Source: the human T2T-CHM13v2.0 reference genome, Homo sapiens. Taken from it: a stretch of DNA of 64,000 bases. The notes under the pieces were generated by a model that did not search any database, was not told where the DNA came from, and worked only from the letters and a program-made list of their open reading frames with translations. This document shows positions 55,063 to 64,000 of the stretch, piece by piece. Both the position numbers and the translations under genes were made by a program. The stretch lies in NCBI RefSeq assembly GCF_009914755.1, contig NC_060948.1; one strand, given 5' to 3'. Position 1 is the stretch's first letter. Each line of letters begins with the position of its first letter.

Positions 55063-57322
55063 GTTATTTGGAACATTCTTTAAAAACATTAGGTTAATTT
55101 CAGCAAATATGTATTGAGCGTGTCATAAGCATCTGACAAGCAAATAAAAGTGAGGCACTGCAATGTGGGTTGTGTGTGTGTGTGACTGTTTGGAGCCAGT
55201 GAGTCTTCCTGAAGAAAAACTATAAGCACTCGATCCACCTAAGCATAGTCACAAGTGTAAATGAAAAGGTAGAAAAAATCAGAATGAATCATTTGACCAT
55301 AATGAATTGTCAGTATTTTAAGCTCTGAGAGATTCCTCTCTAAAAATTCCCATTAAGACCTATTGCTGGTATCTTGTTAATGTCTCTAATCAGATTTTTT
55401 TTTAAAGCTGGTGTATTTTTTTAACAATTGCTTATATATTGTCTCTCTTCCTTTCCAGTAGCAATATTTGTTTCCTATTTTAAGGGAGTAGGTCTATGTT
55501 GGAGTTGAATGTTCATTCCCTAATTGATTAACGTGTAAATACATGTCAGTTCTCAGACACAGAAGTAGGCAGGGTATGTACCTACAAATTAAGGAGGCAC
55601 AGCAGAATATTTCAGTAATAATGCATTTCTTCATAGAAGAAATTTACTAATGAGTGTTATATGATATAATACCAGCTAAGCCTATTTCCATCATGTAAGA
55701 ATAATTTTTATGCTTGGTATTTTTTCTGATGGATGTTTCCCAGTTGTCTCTCTCTTCCTGAGGTGTCCCCTACAGAGTGTGGGCACTATGCAGTTAATGT
55801 AAAACTGCTGGCTCAGCCAAGTTTCCCCAAATAGGCCCACACTGCAAGTGGTTCCTCCCCAGTGGAGGCATCTGTCATTACAGACAGGATCTAACAAAAG
55901 GGCATCTGAGTAATGCAGAGTTTTGAAACAGCATCAAAGTGCACATGCATGCACACTCACAAAAACACACACTCACCTCTTATTCTGTTTCTTCTCAAAG
56001 CATCCTCTTGAACAACCTAACAAAGAAGACAATTGCAGGCACATCAGGACCTTCACAGGACAACACAGTGCAGAGTTCAAACTCCAGCAGTTTCTAATTC
56101 TACCAACTCGGGGGGACTGGAATAGGGGATAGAAATAGGATGAAGACAAAAGCAATGTATGCCACGAAGCTTGAACAGGAACAAAGCCAGTTCTGTTATG
56201 CTGAACTGGCTTTGTTACGGAGGGACTGAGATTGTTCTGAAATTATTTTCAGAGCTATTTTGCACCTATGAGACACTCATGTGGTTGAATATAACATATA
56301 CAAATAGCAGTATAATAGCTAGTCAGAGCAGTGACATGGAATTCAGATCGTTTTCTTTGCTCTTACAATTACTTCATATTTTTCTATAGCTTTTGATTCC
56401 TTTTAGTTTATATTTCAAGTGCCCAGGAAATGACATCACATTTTGCAACCCTGATCCACCCTTGTTTTTACTGATACTCTGAATTTTCCCATTGGCCTCC
56501 CTATGTCAAGCTTTGAAGTAAAGAATTCAAGCAAGTAGGACATTCAGGTGGGTGGTCACTGGACTTAGGAAATTATAGAATAAAGCAACTGATGAATAGT
56601 TTCAAAGAGGATTTTCAGCTGCAAGACATGGAGATCCAGGTGTGTTGGTGTAATCTCGTAGCATTTTGAAGGACATAATCAAATATTAGGAACATTAATC
56701 CAAGGCTTAGAAATTATTCTCATTAAATAGTATGGAATTACTCAGTAGGGTATGGAATTAGATACTTATTGGTCTGAATTTACAGTTTGGCTCTGTCACA
56801 TAACAGCAGGGTATAAAAATTCCTACTTCATGTGGTTGGTAAAAGAATTAATTAAATTGTATTCTTGCTACCAGCAAGGGAGATATGGGAAAAGGAAGTT
56901 GGACATGAAGCAGTGGAAAGCAAGGACAAACTGGAGCCTTCTAGGATAACTGGACACTCATGGAATTACTTGAAAGCTTCAAGAACATGTAGAGCCAATA
57001 AGGATAACCTGGAGCCCATGCAGACTAGTTGGAGCCTGCCAAGACAATCTGGATCCCACATCTCTTTAATTTCACATTTAAACCAAACCATACAGTTATC
57101 TGAAGAAAAAGCCAGTGCCCTTTGAGTGAAACTGCATGTGCATCTGTCATGGGGCCTGGAGTTATTGGAGGAGGTGCTTGGAAGGATTTGGAGGAGTTGT
57201 AGACCTACTGACCACATCATACCAACATGGAGTTGAAGTGACCAATGACAATTTGAACTGGTGCATCCTCGTTTGGCCCCATGTCAACCTTCTGTAATAG
57301 CTGGTAATTCTTCATATCTTCC

Positions 57323-58149
57323 TTGTATTACCAAACTCAACTTGGGTTTACCCATCTGGCAAAGCAAAGCCAGACTCTGACATCAGGGTTTGCAGTGAGA
57401 GAAAGTGAGGTTTTTAAAGGCAGGGAGGCAGAGGTTATAGGCAAAGTCATAAATCAATACACAGAGGCTGTACATTGCTTTGACCTAGTAAGGCAGTTTA
57501 TGTTGAAGTGGAAGCTTACAGGTGGATTCAGAAATTTTCTGATTTGCCATTGGTTAAGGAGGCAGAGCTTTGTCTAAAGACTTGTGGTCAGCAGAAAAGA
57601 ATGTTTGCTCTCGTCCATGGGTGTGACTTCTTCCAAGACCCTCAGGAATAAATTTAGAGCAAAGGATGGCAGTCAGTTATCAGTCCTCAGTCTCTGCTTA
57701 TCTGATGTCTAGATCCAGGTATGTTGGTATAAGCCTCAAAGAGTCTCCTATCATTTTGAGAGACATAGAAGAAATTAAGAACAAGACTCAAGGGCTTAGA
57801 AATTCCTCTCATGAGACAGTATGGAATCACTCACTAGCATTTGGAATTAGAGACATTAGAAAATGGATGGCATTTTCCATTTGGAAGTAGTCTGCATTCC
57901 TGAAAAATTAGGACCATATGTCAAGATATTATCTTTAGTTTCTATAAGGACCCAAATATTTTGAGGCTGTAACTTCCTTAAATATTGTTGTAAGCTATTT
58001 TTACCTCTTTGCTTATCAGGTGCTTCTTTACTTCTCAGGTCTAGCTAGGTGCCTGGAATTCCCGTAGGGACTCAGGATGTTCCTTTATATCTATGCACAG
58101 CAGGGATGGAAGAGGGTGTTGGCAGGTCTCTAAGAGGGTTCTCTGCCAC
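57323..58149 (-). mobile_element. ERV1-class solo LTR (subfamily not assigned) carrying a foreign insert of about 150 bp
   Basis: TTACCAAACTCAACTTGGG..GCAAAGCCAGAC start; TCTGATTTGCCATTGGTTAAGG; GCTAGGTGCCTGGAATT; CTCTGCCACA end. Confidence 0.65.
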
Positions 58150-60324
58150 ATATCATCAGTCTCAAAAAATTTTCTTTGTGGCCAACCTTAACCCAGAGTC
58201 ATCCAGGAAAACAAATTCTGAAAAGCATAGAACTCTTTTAACTACATGAACACAATAAAAAACTCTAAAGCAGGGTTTCTTCTATTACAGGTAAAGGATA
58301 AATGCTCATGTCTTTAAAAGCCAGAGAATACTGCTTTCATGAACTTCTGACAGTGAAATTCACCTGCTGCACAAAGGAGCCTATTTTAAGAGATAAAGTA
58401 CACACTGGAATTTAGCCTTGTGGTATCTCAAGTCATGATGAGAAGGCTTTTGGTTAGAACATTTCTTTCTCTGAGATCACATAACTGCAGGAGAAAATAC
58501 CAACATCAACAACCCAACCAAAATGTTTTTATTTGGTGAATGTTAGGTTCAAAGTTTTGTCTGGACAATATTTGGAATGGCTCAGAAGTACTATCATAGG
58601 TTTCATTTCTTCATTCATGTCTCATCTCTGTAGCATCATTTTCACCCAAACTCTGAAGATAAATAGCATTGAGCCATTGAAGATGAAACCCACTTAGCAA
58701 TCCCTATGTGGAAGATAATGCCATCGACCACCTTCTGTCTTAGGAATACATTTAAAAAATGGAAATAATGCTTCTCTGCACCTACTCTTTCACTTGTACT
58801 GCCTTATTAAAAACCAAGTCTTCTTTAAACAGGAGACTCAGCACATTTGTCTACTCTGCTGCCCCAAGCCAAGTGAGTGTAAATCCTTAAATCCTACAAG
58901 TGCATGCACATGGCCACCAAGGCACAAGCACATCATGCAGTGTTAACTTGAAGTAACAAATGAGGACTATTCCAGGACTTCCAGAGGTTCCTGTTCTGAG
59001 CCACTGTTACATCCTGAGAGATGGCCACTCTCCATTCAATGGAGATTTTTTTCCCCTTTTCGTAACATGAGGCATAAGCATCTGAGTAAAGTGTAGTTAT
59101 TTTTGAGTCTGACAAGTGAGCATATATTATTGTTTGGCATGTCTTCTTTAATGTTCAAGCTCAAGACAAAAATCTAAAAAATACAGAAAATGTCTAGGTA
59201 GAGAATTACTGATCTACACTTGAAGAGTTAAAAAAAATCCAATAGATATTTCACCCACAATTTTTTCCCCTACTCTGGGGAAGATCTTTTACTTGAAAAG
59301 TATGACTCTAGATTATCTAGTCTGTAGCTATGATGGTACCAATATTGCAATGGAATCCAACATGAAACTTACATACATTTTATTACCCGGACTTATTCTC
59401 CTTTTTGAAAAATTAATTACTGTAAAATTGGCCATGTTGACACTCATAAGAATGTTATTTATTTGACAAATATTGAAATAGACCATTTGAACAGATGCAG
59501 TCTTAATATATTGAAGAAATGCCAATCCTGAAAATGCTACAGAGATTTTCCTCCATATATTTTTGTCTAAAGAAATTGGATTTAGCTACCAGAGACCACT
59601 CCTTATTTACTATTAGATTTACTGGAAACTGAAAGGACAGAATTATGTTGCCTCTATACTCTGACATATGCTGGGCATATATACAATACAATGAATGAGT
59701 ACATTGGGTAAGAAATGAGAACTCCTTTATTTTTTCCCTGCTGCAAAAAAGGTACTTACTTAACATTCTCAGATATATGATACGCAATATTTTGTCTGGT
59801 AACAGGCCAAAAAGGTTATTGGGATACACTTTGTGATTTTTTTTGACAAACAACCTGCTATAGCACGTATTCTGCCAGGTCTGTCAGAATGAAATAACTT
59901 TGAAAATAGAAATGATTATATTTTGTCTGTCTTTAGTTTAAAAATGCAGTGAGTTCCCTTGAAATATGATTTCCAAGTTTTGAAGTCATTATGAATGAGT
60001 GCATTCCATTCTAACTCCAGAGGTTTTCCAAGGGAGAAATTGATGGGCCCAGGACGGAGATACACACCTGTCTTGTCCATACAATTCAATAGGCTTCGTA
60101 GATAAATCTTTTATCAATGTAAATGTCCTTTTTAAGTCTAATTTATAAAGAATTGTTGTGCTTAATTCCCTTGTTCTCTGTAGAATGATTTTTCAGAAGT
60201 CATTACTCTTTTCTCTATTTCTTTTCAGTTTTAAAGATTTGGACATTAAAAATTAACATTTTTCTTCACTGTGACTAATTTCCTAAGACACTAAAATGAT
60301 GTAGAGTGTATACTATGAAGTAGG

Positions 60325-60515
60325 ATTGCCCGGTTACTAATCTTAATTCTGCATTTACTAAACGTGTGATCTTAGGTAAAAGACTGGACTTCTAGGTTAT
60401 TCTAGATTACTTTTTGGTTTGTTTTGCTGTAAAATGGGGATAATAAAAGTACTTTATCAAGTTGTGGTGATGATCAAGAATTTATATAAAGTGCATTGGA
60501 CATTACATGGTGCTT
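60325..60515 (+). mobile_element. MIR SINE relic
   Basis: CATTTACTAAACGTGTGATCTTAGGTAA; CTGTAAAATGGGGATAATAA core. Confidence 0.75.
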
Positions 60516-61820
60516 AGGACATCTCTTTTTTCAATATTCTTGCTTCCATTCTCTTAATCTAGTGTGATATTTTAATCAATTTGGGGTAATGTTGATTTGA
60601 TATCATACCTGAACATTTGATATGTCTTCATTCCTTACTTTCAACAGTGTTAGGTTTTTGTTTGTTTGTTTTGTGTCCATAAAGAGGAGTGACTTCACTT
60701 CAGCATTGATTTTTCACCTTGAAAAATAAAGCAAAATAACAGATTCCCTTTGGGGACAATCAAAGATAAAATCAAGCAATCCATTTACCCTACCTGTATG
60801 ATTTTCTATTTTCTCCCCATTTCTTCCAAACATCCAGGTACCTTTGAGTACAAACATAAGATACCTTTGAGGACTGTGTGTGGGTAATAATATGTAGGTT
60901 CATCTCACTGGGGATTGTCAGACAGTGGGTGCAGGACAGTGGGAGCAGAGCACTGAGCATGAGCCAAAGCACAGCGAGGCATCACCTCACCTGGGAAGCA
61001 CAAGGGGTCAGGGAATTCCCTTTCCTAGCCAAGGAAAGGGGTGATGGATGGCACCTGGAAAATTGGGTCACTCCCACCCTAATACTGCGCTTTTCTGTTG
61101 GTCTTAGCAAATGGCACACCAGGAGACTATATCCTACACCTGGTTCGGAGGGTCCTATGCCCATGAAGCCTCACTTATTACTCTCACAACAGTCTGAGAT
61201 CAAACTTCAAGGCAGCAGTGAGGCTAGGGGAGGGATGCCCACCATTGTCAAGGCTTGAGTAGCTAAACAAAGTGGCCAGGAATCTAGAACTGCATAGAGC
61301 CCACTGCAGCTCAAGGAGGCCTGCCTGCCTCTGTAGACTCCATCTCTGGTGGCAGGGCATAACCAAACAAAAGGCAGCAAAAACCTCTGCAGACTTAAAT
61401 GTCCCTGTCTGACTGCTTTGAAGAGAGTAGTGGTTCTCCCAGCACACAGCTGGAGATCTGACAATGGACAGACTGCCTTCTCAAGTGGGTCCCTGGCCCC
61501 TGAGTAGCATAACTGGGAGGCATCCCCAAGTAGGGGCAGACTGACCCCTCACATGCCTGGGTACCCCTCTGAGACAAAACTTTCAGAGGAACGATCTGGC
61601 AGCAACATTTGCTGTTCACCAATATCCGATGTTCTGCAGCCTCCACTGCTGATACCCAGGAAAACTGGGTCTGGAGTGGACCTCTGGCAAACTCCAACAG
61701 ACCTGCATCTGAAGATTCTGACTGTAAGAAGGAAAATTAACAAACAGAAAGGACATCCACACCAAAACCCCATTTGTACATCACCATCATCAAAGACCAA
61801 AAGTAGATAAAACCACAAAG

Positions 61821-62830
61821 ATGGGGAACAAACAGAGCAGAAAAACTGAATATTCTAAAAATCAGAGTGCCTCTCTTCCTCCAAAGGAATGCAGCTCCTT
61901 ACCAGCAATGGAACAAAGCTGAATAGAGAATGACTATGATGAGTTGAGAGAAGGTTTCAGATGATCAAACTACTCCAAGCTAAAGGAGGAATTTCAAACC
62001 CATGATAAAAAAGTTAAAAACCTTGAAAAAGGATTAGACGAATGGCTAACTAGAAAAACCAATGCAGAGAAGTCCCTAAAGGACCTGATGGAGCTGAAAA
62101 CCTTGGCACGAGAACTACGTGACAAATGCATAAGCCTCAGTAGCCGATTTGATCAACTGGAAGAAAGGGTATCAGTGATGTAAGATCAAATGAATGAAAT
62201 GAAGCAAGAAGAGAAGTTTAGAGAAAAAAATAAAAAGAAATGAACAAAGACTCCAAGAAATATGGGACTATGTGAAAAGACCAAATCTACGTGTGATTGG
62301 TGTACCTGAAAGTGACGGGGAGAATATAACCAAGTTGGAAAACACTCTGCAAGATATTATCCCGGAGAACTTCCCCAATCTAGCAAGGCAGGCCAACATT
62401 CAAATTCAGGAAATACACAGAATGCCACAAAGATACTCCTCCAGAAGAGCAACTCCAAGACACATAATTGTCAGATTCACCAAAGTTGAAATGAAGGAAA
62501 AAATGTTAAGGGCAGCCAGAGAGAAATGTCGGGTTACCCACAAAGGGAAGCCCATCAGATTAACAGCAGATCTCTTGGCAGAAACTCTAGAAGCCAGAAG
62601 AGAGTGGGGGCCAATATTCAACATTCTTAAAGAAAAGAATTTTCAACCCAGAATTTCATATCCAGCCAAACTAAGCTTCATAAGTGAAGGGGAAATAAAA
62701 TCCTTTACAGACAAGCAAATGCTGAGATTTTGTCACCACCAGGCCTGCCCTAAAAGAGCTCCTGAATGAAGCACTAAACATGGAAAGGAACAACCAGTGC
62801 CAGCCACGGCAAAAACATGCCAAATGGTAA
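61821..62830 (+). pseudogene. L1 ORF1p remnant
   Basis: KRPNLRVIGVPESDGE..REKCRVTHKGKPIRLTADL..YPAKLSF; premature stops upstream and frameshift near 62730. Confidence 0.92.
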
Positions 62831-62893
62831 AGAACATCAAGGCTAGGAAGAAACTGTATCAACTAACGAGCAAAATAGCCAGCTAACATCATA

Positions 62894-64000
62894 ATGACAG
62901 GATCAAATTCACATATATCAATATTAACCTAAAATGAAAATGGGCTAAATGCTCCATTTAAAAGACAGAGACTGGCAAATTGGATAAAGAGTCAAGACTC
63001 ATCAGTGTGCTGTATTCAGGAAACCCATCTCATGTGCAGAGACACATATAGGCTCAAAATAAAGGGACGGAGGAAGATCTACCAAGAAAATGGAAAACAA
63101 AAAAATGCAGGAGTTGCAATCCTAGTCTCAGATAAAACAGACTTTAAACCAACAAAGATCAGAAGGGAAAAAGAAGGCCATTGCATAATGGTAAAGGGAT
63201 CAATTCAACAAGAAGAGCTAACTGTCCTAAATATATATGCACTCAATACAGGAACACCCAGATTCATAAAGCAAGTCCTTAGAGACCTAGAAAGAGACTT
63301 AGACTCCCACACAATAATAATGGGAGAATGGAACACCACACTGTCAACATTAGACAGATCAATGAGACAGAAAGTTAACAAGGATATCCAGGAATTCAAC
63401 TCAGCTCTGCACCAAGAAGACCTAATAGACATTTACAGAACTCTCCACCCCAAATCAACAGAATATACATTCTTCTCAGCACCACACCTCACTTACTCCA
63501 AAACTGAACACATAGTTGGAAGTAAAGCACTCCTCAACAAATGCAAAAGATCAGAAATTATAACAAACTGTCTCTCAGACCACAGTGCAATCAAACTAGA
63601 ACTCAGGATTAAGAAACTCACTCAAAATCGCTCAACTATATGGAAACTGAACAACCTGCTCCTGAATGACTACTGGGTACATAACAAAATGAAGGCAGAA
63701 ATAAAGATGTTCTTTGAAACCAATGAGAACAAAGACACAACATACCAGAATCTCTGGGACACATTCAAAGCAGTGTGTAGAGGGAAATTTATAGCACTAA
63801 ATGTCCACAAGAGAAAGCAGAAAAGATCTAAAATTGACACCCTAACATCACAATTAAAAGAACTACAGAAGCAAGAGCAAACAAATTCAAAACCTAGCGG
63901 AAGGCAAGAAGTAACTAAGTTCAGAGCAGAACTGAAGGAAATAGAGACACAAAAAAACCTTCAAAAAATCAGTGAATCCAGGAGCTTGTGTTTTGAAACG
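62894..64000 (+). pseudogene. L1 ORF2p endonuclease domain remnant, partial
   Basis: ATGACAGGATCAAATTCACAT start; early in-frame TAA at 62930; CIQETH and SDHSAIKLE coding motifs. Confidence 0.9.

Larger units (their letters stand above)
60897..64000 (+). mobile_element. L1PA4-6-type element missing the first part of the 5'UTR, continuing past the window end
   Basis: 5'UTR GGTTCATCTCACTGGG..GAAGCACAAGGGGTCAGGGAATTCCC; ORF1 ATG at 61821; ORF2 ATG at 62894. Confidence 0.95.

Overview
Gene-free, AT-rich primate nuclear DNA (hominoid, judging by AluY and an L1PA2/3-type insertion), intronic or intergenic. It is dominated by transposable-element relics: four primate L1s (one full-length L1PA8-type, two twin-primed 5'-inverted copies, one L1PA5-like running off the end), about 16 Alus or Alu fragments, many MaLR/ERVL/ERV1 solo LTRs (several nested), MER58/MER20 DNA transposons, old L1M/L2/MIR, and two very long purine/pyrimidine tracts. 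I found no host protein-coding exon, RNA gene or CRISPR array. All long ORFs are broken L1 ORF1/ORF2 or low-complexity artefacts. The most interesting signals are structural. (1) Short pieces of nearby DNA appear to have been copied into LTRs and L1s at least four times, direct or inverted, from 0.15-1.1 kb away, and several hairpin scars are present; this resembles repeated templated DNA repair. (2) A chimeric L1 at 45.9-51.7 kb probably marks an L1-L1 recombination deletion. (3) A CpG-retaining unique island with a REST/NRSF RE1-like site lies between the two opposite-polarity triplex-prone tracts. Subfamily names come from remembered consensus sequences, not a database search, and boundaries without TSDs are approximate.
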